Positions 15,552-25,444 of a stretch of 64,000 bases of DNA are shown in pieces. The stretch covers positions 317,444 through 381,443 of the IMG/VR virus record IMGVR_UViG_3300032334_002567. One strand, 5' to 3'. How positions within the stretch are numbered: position 1 is the first letter of the stretch; each line of letters begins with the position of its first letter. Below the pieces are notes generated by a model that saw only the letters and a list, made by a program, of their open reading frames with translations, did no database searches and was not told the origin of the DNA. Made by a program: the position numbers and the translations under genes.

Positions 15552-15821
15552 TTATGAATTAGGTAATTTTATTACTTTCACAACAAGATCTCCACTACCT
15601 TTTATAATACGATGCCACTCATTCGCTTTTATCTTGATTTCTTGGTTTATAGGGATGGGCAGTTCATTTTCTCTCTGAAAAAGCCAATCATTTGTACCTA
15701 TGGGAAATACAATTCTATCTTCTAGGTCTTTATGCCACTTTAGTTCACTAGAATCTAAATCCTTGGAAAAAGTTCTAATAAAAATATTTTCTAATTTTTT
15801 TTCTGAAAATGGAAGTTCCAT
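15552..15821 (-). CDS. Small cupin-like phage protein
   Basis: WHKD.EDR, WHRIIKG; start at MELPF. Confidence 0.55.
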   Translation of the reverse strand: MELPFSEKKLENIFIRTFSKDLDSSELKWHKDLEDRIVFPIGTNDWLFQRENELPIPINQEIKIKANEWHRIIKGSGDLVVKVIKLPNS

Positions 15822-15834
15822 AATACATATCCTT

Positions 15835-16440
15835 ATGAGTTTTAAAGAGTATATATCCAGCAAAAAAGTACAACCTATGGAATTATTAGAATCCATAGAA
15901 ATTAGTGATAATTTGAAGTATCACTTAGAGAATAATATTTCCTTATGTGAAAATGTATTCAGAGTTTATAGTGAAGCATATTTTAGTTTGATAAGAGAGG
16001 TCAGAGAACTTTATAATAAGGATATGATAGCTATTAACGATGAAGATGCAGAGTTGCTAGAAACTGACTTGGGTGAATTTATAGAATTAAATGGAGAGGT
16101 CATTTATTTTGATGCACCAATGTTAGAAGAGAGTGAAATAAATGAAGCTGAGGTGGCGGGTAAAAAAGTAAAACTTAATAAACCAACTAGAACTCCTGGT
16201 GGGCCAAAGAAATTCAAAGTACACGTAAAAACTTCTAGTGGTAGGATTAAAACTGTGCGGTTTGGAGACTCAAAAGCTTCAGGACTAACAATTAAAAACT
16301 CAAATCCCGCAAGAGCAAGAAGCTTTAGAGCAAGACATAAATGTAGTGAAAAGAAAGATAGAACGACACCGGGCTATTGGTCTTGCAATGTGGGCAGGTA
16401 TGCCAAGGCTCTTGGATTATCTTCGTCTAGACCTTGGTAA
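15835..16440 (+). CDS. Conserved phage protein (KKFKV..VRFGD..SFRARHKC..YWSC)
   Basis: Start MSFKEY; motif set recalled from aquatic T4-like phages. Confidence 0.65.
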   Translation: MSFKEYISSKKVQPMELLESIEISDNLKYHLENNISLCENVFRVYSEAYFSLIREVRELYNKDMIAINDEDAELLETDLGEFIELNGEVIYFDAPMLEESEINEAEVAGKKVKLNKPTRTPGGPKKFKVHVKTSSGRIKTVRFGDSKASGLTIKNSNPARARSFRARHKCSEKKDRTTPGYWSCNVGRYAKALGLSSSRPW

Positions 16441-16442
16441 TT

Positions 16443-17387
16443 TTATTGCCAAGTAGGCATTAATATCTGCTTCTTTATCTTTTCTTTGTCAGTTACTTTT
16501 TGTTTAGTTTCTTTGTCGTTTATCGGTATTTCTTGAACAAATAAACTTCCAAAAAGTAAGTCTCCTAACATGCTATTATCAGGTAATGCCTTATAATAAG
16601 GTTGCTGTCCTCCGCCTTTGTGGTTGAGAGCAAATGCTTTTAAAAACTGTGCTATTGATACGTTTTCTTTATCTTTTAAAGCGTCGTATGTAGTCTTGAA
16701 TCTTAAAGCAAAAACGCCTCTAGTAGATAGCATTTCAGCACTAGAAGAACTAATAATTAATGCTTCTTCATACGCCCCACTATCCTCTCCGTAGTCTATA
16801 GATTCATCTTTTCTAATATCAAATATGCCTATGAAAGGAAAGATAATTCTATTGTTTTTACTTGGTAGCTCTGGGAGGAATGCGATCCCTTTCTCAATCT
16901 CTAGATTTCTTAACAATTCCCCATTCTCTTTAAATCCTTCTTGTATTCCACCTTGGGCATGACAAGTATCAATTAGCACTATCAACCTTTTAACTTTTTT
17001 GGATTTAGCTATCGATTCTAGTGCTTTGCTGAATTTAAAACTACCGCCTCTTGCTTGCATACCAAAATTATTTCTACTACCGCCTCCATGACCATTTAAA
17101 TATAATAAAAGTGTAGATCTATCTGTTATTTTTTTTGATGTTTCTGTAATTGTTGAGTATATTTGCTGGGAAGAAACATTATGATGCCGTTCCGATTTAA
17201 AACCAAGTTTCTTATCTTTAAATACAGATTCCATTAAGTCTAAATTCTTTGTTCTTCCCCCTTCATCTGACATGGTGAAGAGCAGAGCTATGTTATTTTC
17301 AAGAGGATCGTACGCCATACCGGTTTCAACCTCTTGTCCATAACAAGTAGATGTAAAAAGTAACAACAGTATTAAAATATTTTTCAT
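16443..17387 (-). CDS. Secreted caspase-like (clan CD) cysteine peptidase
   Basis: Signal peptide; LYLNGHG and LIDTCHA His-Cys dyad. Confidence 0.7.
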   Translation of the reverse strand: MKNILILLLLFTSTCYGQEVETGMAYDPLENNIALLFTMSDEGGRTKNLDLMESVFKDKKLGFKSERHHNVSSQQIYSTITETSKKITDRSTLLLYLNGHGGGSRNNFGMQARGGSFKFSKALESIAKSKKVKRLIVLIDTCHAQGGIQEGFKENGELLRNLEIEKGIAFLPELPSKNNRIIFPFIGIFDIRKDESIDYGEDSGAYEEALIISSSSAEMLSTRGVFALRFKTTYDALKDKENVSIAQFLKAFALNHKGGGQQPYYKALPDNSMLGDLLFGSLFVQEIPINDKETKQKVTDKEKIKKQILMPTWQ

Positions 17388-18436
17388 ATTATTGGTGTTT
17401 GGAAGGATGGCCCCGAATATAAAGAGCCATTGTAGCCGGGAATTTGTTTTATTTTTTCTTCATATTTGTCTAGATGATTCATCGACTGTTTTTTATCTAT
17501 CAATTCTTTTATATAGTTAAGATTATGTGTAACTATTTGAGGAAAATTAGTAGGTGATTGCAGGTTCTCAAGCGGTATGTTTCTGCTTCTAATTATCCTA
17601 AAACTTCTTGGTCTGAATTTATTAACTGCGTTTAACTCTTCATGCAGAGTGTATAAATCCACTAAAATATGCATATCTTCTGATATTGGATTTCTTTTAA
17701 ATGTTATTTTTTCAACAACTGCGAGGTCTCTTCCGTTTATCACAAATTTTCCAATTATATTTTGTTCGGGGAAAATTTTTCTAATTTTTAAGAGTTGTTT
17801 TCTTAGCTCTTGTTTCTCAAATCTAGCTTCTTCTATATCTTGCTTGTGATATTCTTTTCTTTGTTCGATGTATTCTTTTAAGTGGTCATTTTTTGCTAGT
17901 TTAAGTAATCTTTCAATAAAAGGTTTCCTTAAATACACTCTGGTGTTTGATATATGACTTTTTTCTGGCTCATTCTGTACGATTTCCATATCGGTTAGTT
18001 TTGATATGAAAGTGTGGTATACTAGTAGCATATCTTTCTCATAAGGGGAAAAAGATATGCCATCTACACGTTTGGTGTCAATCAATTTCTTAATACCAAA
18101 CATAATTTTTTCATATATCGCATTAGATTGAGAGTTACTTCTTGTTGCACTGTAGGTGTTATCTTTTAAGAAGTCGATTTGATATATATTTTCTAAAATA
18201 CTATTAGGATCTTCTATCCCACTATCCATCATTGCATCCTCAAGACCTCCAGCTATTGTGCTACCTTTTTGCATCTTTACAACATATTTTGATTTTGAAA
18301 CATCATCTATGAATTCATATTCATATCCTTCTTTGTTTCCAAAATATGTAGGAATTAACTCGATGTGACTAGTATCTGCGTTTACTAAATCTCTTATTTC
18401 AAAAATATAGAAAAATTCTTTAAAATTCATATACAA
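17384..18436 (-). CDS. Hypothetical protein with capsid-targeting-like N-terminus
   Basis: MNFKEFFYIFE; long ORF. Confidence 0.65.
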   Translation of the reverse strand: MYMNFKEFFYIFEIRDLVNADTSHIELIPTYFGNKEGYEYEFIDDVSKSKYVVKMQKGSTIAGGLEDAMMDSGIEDPNSILENIYQIDFLKDNTYSATRSNSQSNAIYEKIMFGIKKLIDTKRVDGISFSPYEKDMLLVYHTFISKLTDMEIVQNEPEKSHISNTRVYLRKPFIERLLKLAKNDHLKEYIEQRKEYHKQDIEEARFEKQELRKQLLKIRKIFPEQNIIGKFVINGRDLAVVEKITFKRNPISEDMHILVDLYTLHEELNAVNKFRPRSFRIIRSRNIPLENLQSPTNFPQIVTHNLNYIKELIDKKQSMNHLDKYEEKIKQIPGYNGSLYSGPSFQTPII

Positions 18437-18482
18437 GCTTAAGCAAAGGTAATATGCTTATATAGAAATGTTTAAACTTATT

Positions 18483-19103
18483 TTAAATTAACATATCAGA
18501 TATTTCTTTGTTTGTTAATACGTTGACAATCTTAATCAGTTGGTCTAAATTAAGGTCTGTTTTTAGATCAATTGAGTCGCAATAAGCTCTATGGATAGCA
18601 TTTGCAGAAAATTGTTCTGGGGAATTAAGGACTACTGAAGATAAAGCTGGGAAGGCACAATCTAATCCTTCTTCCTCTTCATCAGCTGTTTGCAATTTTG
18701 TGTGAAGATTATAGGCTGATTCTTTTGAAGTGTCTTTACCGCTTAAGTAAGACAAAGCCCAATTTTTAAACTCTTCATTTTTAACAAGGCTGTATGCACA
18801 CAATATGGCCAGCGTTATTCTCTTCTCTGGTACTGGAAAATTTATATCGTGCTTTTTTATTGTTTTGACTTTAGAGCATTTACTTCTTAAACCGCCATCC
18901 AATACATCTGACAGCGTTTCAACGCTCCATAATATTTTGTCGAAAGCCGTTTCTTCATAAAATGGATATAGATAAACAGCCTTTTCGGGAGAGTCATATA
19001 TGGTAAAATAATAATTGGAATTTAACTCTTCATTTGTAACCTCTTCTCCCCATAGAATGTCTCTTTCTGTCTTATTATCATTTTTTGTAATTAAAAAATA
19101 CAT
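18483..19103 (-). CDS. Hypothetical protein
   Basis: 206-aa ORF. Confidence 0.6.
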   Translation of the reverse strand: MYFLITKNDNKTERDILWGEEVTNEELNSNYYFTIYDSPEKAVYLYPFYEETAFDKILWSVETLSDVLDGGLRSKCSKVKTIKKHDINFPVPEKRITLAILCAYSLVKNEEFKNWALSYLSGKDTSKESAYNLHTKLQTADEEEEGLDCAFPALSSVVLNSPEQFSANAIHRAYCDSIDLKTDLNLDQLIKIVNVLTNKEISDMLI

Positions 19104-19238
19104 TTATTTCCACCATTTATTAAGCATATAGTTTAGTGCTGCGTATAGGCTTGGGCCTATAAACAATAGGTCCATAAGGTCAAAATGAAAATGAGTACAG
19201 GGACACAGCCCAACTAAATGCAGGATATAGTTTATCAT
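19104..19238 (-). CDS. 44-aa hypothetical peptide (MINYILHLVGLCPC...)
   Basis: Manually translated; abuts the next gene and lies downstream of a promoter. Confidence 0.4.
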   Translation of the reverse strand: MINYILHLVGLCPCTHFHFDLMDLLFIGPSLYAALNYMLNKWWK

Positions 19239-19244
19239 AGTTTT

Positions 19245-19272
19245 ATTTTACCAAAAAACATGATTATGTCAA
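19245..19272 (-). promoter_or_regulatory. Sigma70-type promoter TTGACA-N16-TAAAAT, extended -10
   Basis: TGG precedes the -10. Confidence 0.65.
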
Positions 19273-19317
19273 CAAAAAAAATGAAAAAAACGATATGTAG
19301 GATCACTAGATATTGTT

Positions 19318-20049
19318 ATGCGCTTGGCAATAATCACGCTTATGTTAACCTTTAATGTAGCTTGTGGTGGAACTATCGATCCTTCTACTCCTGATTCAAA
19401 ATATGTGGAGTATGCCAAAGACTTCGAATGTATACTAAAAATATGTGGAAAAGATGAAAAAGATAGAAGTTACTGTGCTTCAGCAGTTGCTGTTGCCCCG
19501 CATTGGATCATGACCGCTGCTCATGTTGTGAAAGATGTGAAGTCAAGCTTTGTTGTAGTCAACCACAAAGTTTTTGAAGTAAAGAAAATAGTTTGCCATG
19601 ATCAGTATGAAGAAAAAAACTATGGAACTTGTGATTTAGCTTTAGGCTATATTGAAGAAGATCTGGGGCTTAAGTTCTATCCAGAGATATATAAAAATCA
19701 GGATGAAGTAGGAAAGATTTGTTCTATTTCTGGTTACGGCATTACAGGTACCTTTAATACGGGTGCAAAAAATAGTGACAACCAAAGACGAGCTGGATCT
19801 AATAAAGTCGAATCAATTGACAGAAAACTTCTAGTTTGCACTCCATCAAAAGAAAATAGAACTTCTTTAGAATTTCTTATCGCACATGGCGATAGTGGAG
19901 GAGGCTTATTTATAGATGGAAAACTAGCGGGCATTAATTCTTGTGTAATGGCAACAGACAAAAAGCCAGATTCAACTTATGGCGATGAGAGTGGTCACAC
20001 AAGACTAAGTCTTTATAAGGATTGGATTAAAGAAGTCATGCAAAAATAA
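19318..20049 (+). CDS. Trypsin-like serine protease (S1) with signal peptide
   Basis: TAAH, DLAL, GDSGG triad motifs. Confidence 0.9.
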   Translation: MRLAIITLMLTFNVACGGTIDPSTPDSKYVEYAKDFECILKICGKDEKDRSYCASAVAVAPHWIMTAAHVVKDVKSSFVVVNHKVFEVKKIVCHDQYEEKNYGTCDLALGYIEEDLGLKFYPEIYKNQDEVGKICSISGYGITGTFNTGAKNSDNQRRAGSNKVESIDRKLLVCTPSKENRTSLEFLIAHGDSGGGLFIDGKLAGINSCVMATDKKPDSTYGDESGHTRLSLYKDWIKEVMQK

Positions 20050-20050
20050 A

Positions 20051-20494
20051 TTATACTTCCCAAGGAAATATAATCCATCCACTCTCGTAGTCTCTATCAA
20101 TTTTTCTTGCTTTGTAATCTGAACAAAATCTCTGCCTAATATTGTGGAAAAGGCTGCAAGTTTTGATATCGGAAAAGTCTTTCTTTAAAGAATAAAAAAC
20201 TTTTTCTAAAGTTTTTCCGCTATCACAAATGTCATCAACAACAAGCAATCTTGCATCCTTAGGTAGATCAACTATTTCTAGGGGATAAAATTCTTCTTTG
20301 CCATCTCTTAGTTGACAACTTATCACGCTTAAGGGCAAGTGCATTTTGTGACTCAAAGATACTGCTGGGACTAGTCCACCCCTTTTTATCCCAACAATAA
20401 ATTGAGGCATCCACCTAGAATCATATATTTGTTTTATAATTAGTAAAATATCTTTGTCAAATTCTTCCCAAGAATAACGTATTTCTTTATTCAT
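20051..20494 (-). CDS. Type I phosphoribosyltransferase (purine PRT-like)
   Basis: GIKRGGLVPA, LVVDDICDSGKT, WIIFPWE. Confidence 0.88.
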   Translation of the reverse strand: MNKEIRYSWEEFDKDILLIIKQIYDSRWMPQFIVGIKRGGLVPAVSLSHKMHLPLSVISCQLRDGKEEFYPLEIVDLPKDARLLVVDDICDSGKTLEKVFYSLKKDFSDIKTCSLFHNIRQRFCSDYKARKIDRDYESGWIIFPWEV

Positions 20495-20841
20495 TTTATT
20501 TCCCAAGAAGCGTTTGGTCTCCTCAAGTTTTCTTTCTTTAAAGATTTACTGCAAGCTTCGGTAACGCTTGCTACTGATTTTTTTGCTTGCGACAAAGTAT
20601 CTGCACTCCCCATATAGAATAGTTCTTTTGCAGAATGCAAATTTTCACAAGAATAAGGCAAGTCTATTTCTTCTTTTACCAGACCTTCCTTATTGTAGGT
20701 TTGATCTATGATTTTTGGGACATGATAACACGTAAAACACATTCTTGGGTAAAGATTGCCATCAACATAGGGCTTTGTTTTGTGGACCGTGGTGTGTATG
20801 TCCATTTTTTGATTACACAAAGAGCAGACGTCTTTTTTCAT
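20491..20841 (-). CDS. Hypothetical Zn-binding protein
   Basis: Two CxxC pairs. Confidence 0.55.
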   Translation of the reverse strand: MKKDVCSLCNQKMDIHTTVHKTKPYVDGNLYPRMCFTCYHVPKIIDQTYNKEGLVKEEIDLPYSCENLHSAKELFYMGSADTLSQAKKSVASVTEACSKSLKKENLRRPNASWEIK

Positions 20842-21662
20842 GGACCTTTAAGGAAAAGCCTTATTCCCTTTTTATCATGAATATAGTAATTGTTCCTACC
20901 ATATTCTACCCCAACTTTGCAGCGATTGAAATACACACTGTCAAAAGCCAGATTATTTGGTTCAACAAGGTGTATGTTGACATTTTTAAATTTTGGATCA
21001 TCTTCCTCCCTAATGCAGGAAAAAATATCTCTAATCATAATTTCATATAGACTGATATCCAGTGCTCTAAATGCCATGTTTAGAGCTTTAAGAAAACCTT
21101 TTGGCTTTTCCCAAGGCTCTAAAAAAGCTGGTCTGCCCATTATCACATATATTTCGTCGCAACCAGCTTCTATACATTGTTCTAAAGGGGCCAATTGCCT
21201 ACTCCCCGCATCTACCCAACCATTGCGATCTTGTACCAATCCAGTAATTGCCACGCTGCCTAGAATTGCTTCTTTAAATTCTTCTTTTGTACAATGTTTG
21301 TTTGAAACGTATTGAAGTTCACCTGTTTCTATGTTCATCCTACAAACGACGCTTTCACATAAAGGTTCATTTTCTAATGATTTTTTTACAATTTTTTCCA
21401 TTGGCTTCTGATTGAATATCCCAGTAGAAAAAAGAAAATTAATATTAGGTTGAAAAACATCGAAAATATTTGAAATGTTTTTCCACATATTCGCCAAACC
21501 TTCTGGTCCTAAATACGCATAAGAAGCCGCACATATAGAACCAGAGGAAATCCCTATAGTAAAATCTGCATTGATTCCCTTTTTAGATAGGTCTGCTGCA
21601 ATGCCAGCTTGTACAGAACCTCTAGCTCCCTCCCCGGTAAAACAAAAACCTATTTTAGTCAT
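20838..21662 (-). CDS. Patatin-like phospholipase
   Basis: GEGARG, GISSG (GxSxG), WVDAG. Confidence 0.8.
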   Translation of the reverse strand: MTKIGFCFTGEGARGSVQAGIAADLSKKGINADFTIGISSGSICAASYAYLGPEGLANMWKNISNIFDVFQPNINFLFSTGIFNQKPMEKIVKKSLENEPLCESVVCRMNIETGELQYVSNKHCTKEEFKEAILGSVAITGLVQDRNGWVDAGSRQLAPLEQCIEAGCDEIYVIMGRPAFLEPWEKPKGFLKALNMAFRALDISLYEIMIRDIFSCIREEDDPKFKNVNIHLVEPNNLAFDSVYFNRCKVGVEYGRNNYYIHDKKGIRLFLKGP

Positions 21663-22533
21663 TTATATTCTTTCTTTGATTAATATATTCTTTAGCTAGA
21701 TTTGAAATATAGAAAACATTTTCTGACTGATGTGAATTAGCAAGTAATTCAAACGGATTGCCAAAAGACATAAACATTGGTGGAGTATATGAAAACATAG
21801 ACTTATAAAAATTTTTACCTACACCATTTTTATAGCTTATAAAGTTGCCAGTACCTTCTGAATTAGCTGGCACAGTTAAATACTGGCCGTGTATAACCAT
21901 ATTACTTCTGTTTTGAAACAGAGATATACACAGAGCTACTTTAGAAGTTTCACTCCAAACCTCTTTGTTGTCAAGCATCTGTTGGAGTGCTAGTTTTTCC
22001 ATATTTTCTATCATCATCGAAATAAAGCCGATATGAATATTTGAAAAACCATAGCAACCGCTAACAGAATGCCAATTTTCTTTTAATTCTTCTTCTTTTA
22101 TATTGAAAATTTCAAGAAATTCATCTCCAATATTTTCTTTTACAAAATCTAAAGTAAACAAAGGATCTACCGAGTAAACACATTCAGGGAAGTTTGTCAA
22201 AAACACAGCTTCGCTTGGCTGTCTGTAAAGAACTGTGTCGTTCTCTAAAACAAAAAAAGATTCTTTTATAATATCATTGAATAGAGAAGAGTATAAAGAA
22301 TAAAATTTGTTGAATCCTTTTACTTCTTTTGCTTCATCTATATTTTCAAAAGTGTTTATGTTTTTAAGCTTTTTAATACCTGTGTTGTAAAGCTCTAATG
22401 ATTGTGAGTCTTTTTTATTTGTTAGAGCCACTATCAATTTATCAGTGCATCCTTGGTTTTCAAAGCTTTGCACCATTAAGTCTAATTGCCATTGGTAGTA
22501 AGGCTCATTGTCTAAATATAAGAAGTATTGCAT
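21655..22533 (-). CDS. Hypothetical protein, possibly glycosyltransferase-like (GT95/GT96-like N-terminus)
   Basis: YYQWQLDLMVQSF, NKFYSL, LENDTV. Confidence 0.4.
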   Translation of the reverse strand: MQYFLYLDNEPYYQWQLDLMVQSFENQGCTDKLIVALTNKKDSQSLELYNTGIKKLKNINTFENIDEAKEVKGFNKFYSLYSSLFNDIIKESFFVLENDTVLYRQPSEAVFLTNFPECVYSVDPLFTLDFVKENIGDEFLEIFNIKEEELKENWHSVSGCYGFSNIHIGFISMMIENMEKLALQQMLDNKEVWSETSKVALCISLFQNRSNMVIHGQYLTVPANSEGTGNFISYKNGVGKNFYKSMFSYTPPMFMSFGNPFELLANSHQSENVFYISNLAKEYINQRKNIND

Positions 22534-22551
22534 GAACTATAATAGTAAAAA

Positions 22552-22938
22552 CTATTTAACTCTAAATTTGCTACATTTATTATTATCGTTGTCATCCGTT
22601 TGTGGGAAAAAATATGATTCATATATTCTATAAACTTCACTATAGGCTACCCCCCAAGAAGCATCATGAGACATTTTTTCAAAATCTTCCCAAGAAAGCT
22701 TATCGTGCAAGTGGTTCCAAGCTCTTGCATGTGCCCACTCATGAAGCACGGTATCCATAGCAGCAGATTCTGTCATTTCTTTGTTTATCCTGATAAAGAA
22801 CTTTTTTGAAGCCAGACTACAGTCGCCATCTAAATTATTCATAGGAACCCTTTTCACGCTCACAGGATATGCCAAAGGACAGTTTTTTTTAAGTATAGAC
22901 ACTAATTTCCTATAATGCTTAAAGTTTTTTTGTTTCAT
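22552..22938 (-). CDS. Zn metallopeptidase-like protein
   Basis: VLHEWAHA HExxH plus distal HDASW. Confidence 0.7.
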   Translation of the reverse strand: MKQKNFKHYRKLVSILKKNCPLAYPVSVKRVPMNNLDGDCSLASKKFFIRINKEMTESAAMDTVLHEWAHARAWNHLHDKLSWEDFEKMSHDASWGVAYSEVYRIYESYFFPQTDDNDNNKCSKFRVK

Positions 22939-23033
22939 TGTCCTCCGATAATTTATCAAGAAGTAACACCTTAGTATATACCCTAAGGGAGGAAACAAAC
23001 GAAATTTAAGAAATCATGTAAATTGGTAAGAAT

Positions 23034-24506
23034 TTATTTCTTTAGTGAATCTATCCATTTTTTTGTTGATAGATTTTGCTTAACATAGTCGAATTCTTTA
23101 CCTTGCGGCGATCTGCCTAAAAGATCAGTATATGCTGGATTTATTGCTCTTTTTCCTTTTTCATCCGTTATATAAGGGGCTAAATCGCTTTCATCGTGGT
23201 CAATAAAACTATTAAATTCATCTTTATCTAGGTTGACCATCTTCATCCAATCCTTGATTTTGGACTTTGTTAATCCACTATGAGCCTTTTTTATACTATA
23301 AAATTGATTTGAATCAAAATTGTTATTTTTACCCCAATTATAAAGTTTGACAAGATATGCAATATCGTTAGCTTCTTGGCTAGTCCAACCATTCGATGTA
23401 AGAAGTTCTTTTACTTGATCTGGGGAATTATTCCTTAGAACCCAAGCGACACTCAACCATCTGTCCCCTACAAAGTTTTCTGGCATTTCTTCTTCTGTTG
23501 AGAATTCCACACCAGGAAAAATTTGACTAAATATATCAAGTGAATGGGCCGTCTTCATTAGTTTTCTAGGATCTACATCAGGATGCTCTAAAGTACTGAT
23601 AAAATCTTTTTTCACTAATTCTTTTGGAAGACTGGCGATGCTCTTTGAATGGCTTTTTATTATCTTTGCATAATCCTTTGGCAGAGATTCTGGGTTGCCG
23701 TATCTTGCATTTGTTTTTAGAAGTCTTAGTGCAATTGCTGGGTCTTCTTTGAGTCTATCTTCTAGTTTTTCTCCTACTACCTTTATTTGGCTGTTCTTTA
23801 GATGGGTAGCTCCACCATATGGATCTATTAGTTCACTATTATCGCCATCTGCGTTTGATAATGGTATGTATAGAGAGTTTATAGTTAAGTCTCTATTTGA
23901 CGAATCTTCTTCTATAGATGAAGCAGACTCAGCCTTATCAGGTTGTATTCTTCTGCTTTTTAGACTCTTTGACAAAGTTGCTATTTCAAACTCTTCACCA
24001 TTTATTTCTACCGTTATCTCTAATTCTTTTCCCTGTTTATCCCACCTAGAAACATAGAAAGATTTCTTATTTGTAGATGTTGGTAGCTTTGCATATCTTT
24101 TTTCTTCAGGAAGATTTTTTGGTTTAACTTCTGAGAAACCTTCTTCGGATTGGTCTAATATCATTCTTACTTCACTTATTGTAGCGTCTGTTACCAAGTC
24201 ATAATTTCTTGGTGTCTTGCCTTTTAAGTGATCACGCACGGCACCACCGGTTAAATACAAAGATTTTTTCTTTAACTGTGGCTCTATTTCGCCTTTTGAT
24301 TTGTCGATAGTGGTATAGCCCAGTCCAACTTGGTTCGAGCCATTAAAAGCTTTTACAAGATATCTCAAATTAGCATGAGAGTTTTTATTGATGGCAAAAG
24401 GAGTAAACTCTTTGTCTCCTAGTTTCTTCTGAAGTTTAACCTTAGATGTAACTGATTCTGGCTCTTTGGCTTGCTCCCTGAACTGATAATACTTTGAGAA
24501 TTTCAT
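23034..24506 (-). CDS. Class II nucleotidyltransferase (CCA-adding/poly(A) polymerase-like), atypical active site
   Basis: GGAVRDHL..KTPRNYDL, EIATL, EDSSNRDLTINS, IDPYGG, EDP...LR. Confidence 0.8.
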   Translation of the reverse strand: MKFSKYYQFREQAKEPESVTSKVKLQKKLGDKEFTPFAINKNSHANLRYLVKAFNGSNQVGLGYTTIDKSKGEIEPQLKKKSLYLTGGAVRDHLKGKTPRNYDLVTDATISEVRMILDQSEEGFSEVKPKNLPEEKRYAKLPTSTNKKSFYVSRWDKQGKELEITVEINGEEFEIATLSKSLKSRRIQPDKAESASSIEEDSSNRDLTINSLYIPLSNADGDNSELIDPYGGATHLKNSQIKVVGEKLEDRLKEDPAIALRLLKTNARYGNPESLPKDYAKIIKSHSKSIASLPKELVKKDFISTLEHPDVDPRKLMKTAHSLDIFSQIFPGVEFSTEEEMPENFVGDRWLSVAWVLRNNSPDQVKELLTSNGWTSQEANDIAYLVKLYNWGKNNNFDSNQFYSIKKAHSGLTKSKIKDWMKMVNLDKDEFNSFIDHDESDLAPYITDEKGKRAINPAYTDLLGRSPQGKEFDYVKQNLSTKKWIDSLKK

Positions 24507-24560
24507 TTTTACCCCAATCATTATTTTAATAAAGTTATTTATGCCTTATTATAGTATTTT

Positions 24561-24866
24561 TCACAAAGGAGGTGATTGTAGACCCAAAGCATAAAGTATA
24601 TACGCTGCGATAGTCATCAGACCTATTTTCCAAATAGTATCAAAAATATTAGACCATTTAAGATCATGACTGCCAATCCTAACGTTTATCATTTCTATCT
24701 TTATTTCAATATCTTTTATCTTTCCTTGAAATTCTTCTAACTCCTCTTCTATAACCTCCTTGTTTTCCAACAATATTTTTATTCTTTCGTCCATCCTAGA
24801 AGTTAAATCTGAGACTAATTTAAGGTTGTCCAATAACTGTGAAATGTTGGGTGTTTGTCGATTCAT
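24561..24866 (-). CDS. Coiled-coil protein with C-terminal TM helix (holin/XhlA-like topology)
   Basis: Heptad region then IGLMTIAAYILYAL. Confidence 0.45.
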   Translation of the reverse strand: MNRQTPNISQLLDNLKLVSDLTSRMDERIKILLENKEVIEEELEEFQGKIKDIEIKIEMINVRIGSHDLKWSNIFDTIWKIGLMTIAAYILYALGLQSPPL

Positions 24867-24907
24867 TTTTTTCCATTTCTAAGTCCCTACATTCTATATA
24901 TTAACAT

Positions 24908-25444
24908 ATGACAAAACCAGAAGTAGTAAAAGTTGAAGAAATAACAGAAAGTCCTATAGAACCAATATACGAAGGACCCAGAGAAGTTGACTTAGAAATA
25001 AGCACAGAAGATATAGAGGGAATGGTGCCTCAAATGAACGTTTCTGTGCCGGATCAGCCTAAAAATGAATCTATGCTAATAACGGATGACCAATACCTAG
25101 GACTTTTAGATGAAATTTTAAGCTCAATTAGAGAAGATAGAAAACAAGTAAGTGATTATATTGATAATTTTGCAGATATGGTTATGAATGATGGAGATGC
25201 TACTACTTCTACAAAAGAAGCACTTGTGAACTTAGTTAAAGTAAAAACCGACCTACAAGATAAAATGTTAAAAACAGCGGATTTAATGACAAGATTAAAG
25301 ATGAAGAATACGTACGCATACTCAGGGCCACATTTAAATGCTATGCAACAAAATAATTTCAATATAGGTGCGGATGCTGACTTTGGCAGGAAAGAACTTA
25401 TCAAGGCAATTAATCAAGCTAAGAAAAAGAAAAAGGAACAATAA
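24908..25444 (+). CDS. Hypothetical helical phage protein
   Basis: 178-aa ORF, coupled to the next gene. Confidence 0.65.
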   Translation: MTKPEVVKVEEITESPIEPIYEGPREVDLEISTEDIEGMVPQMNVSVPDQPKNESMLITDDQYLGLLDEILSSIREDRKQVSDYIDNFADMVMNDGDATTSTKEALVNLVKVKTDLQDKMLKTADLMTRLKMKNTYAYSGPHLNAMQQNNFNIGADADFGRKELIKAINQAKKKKKEQ

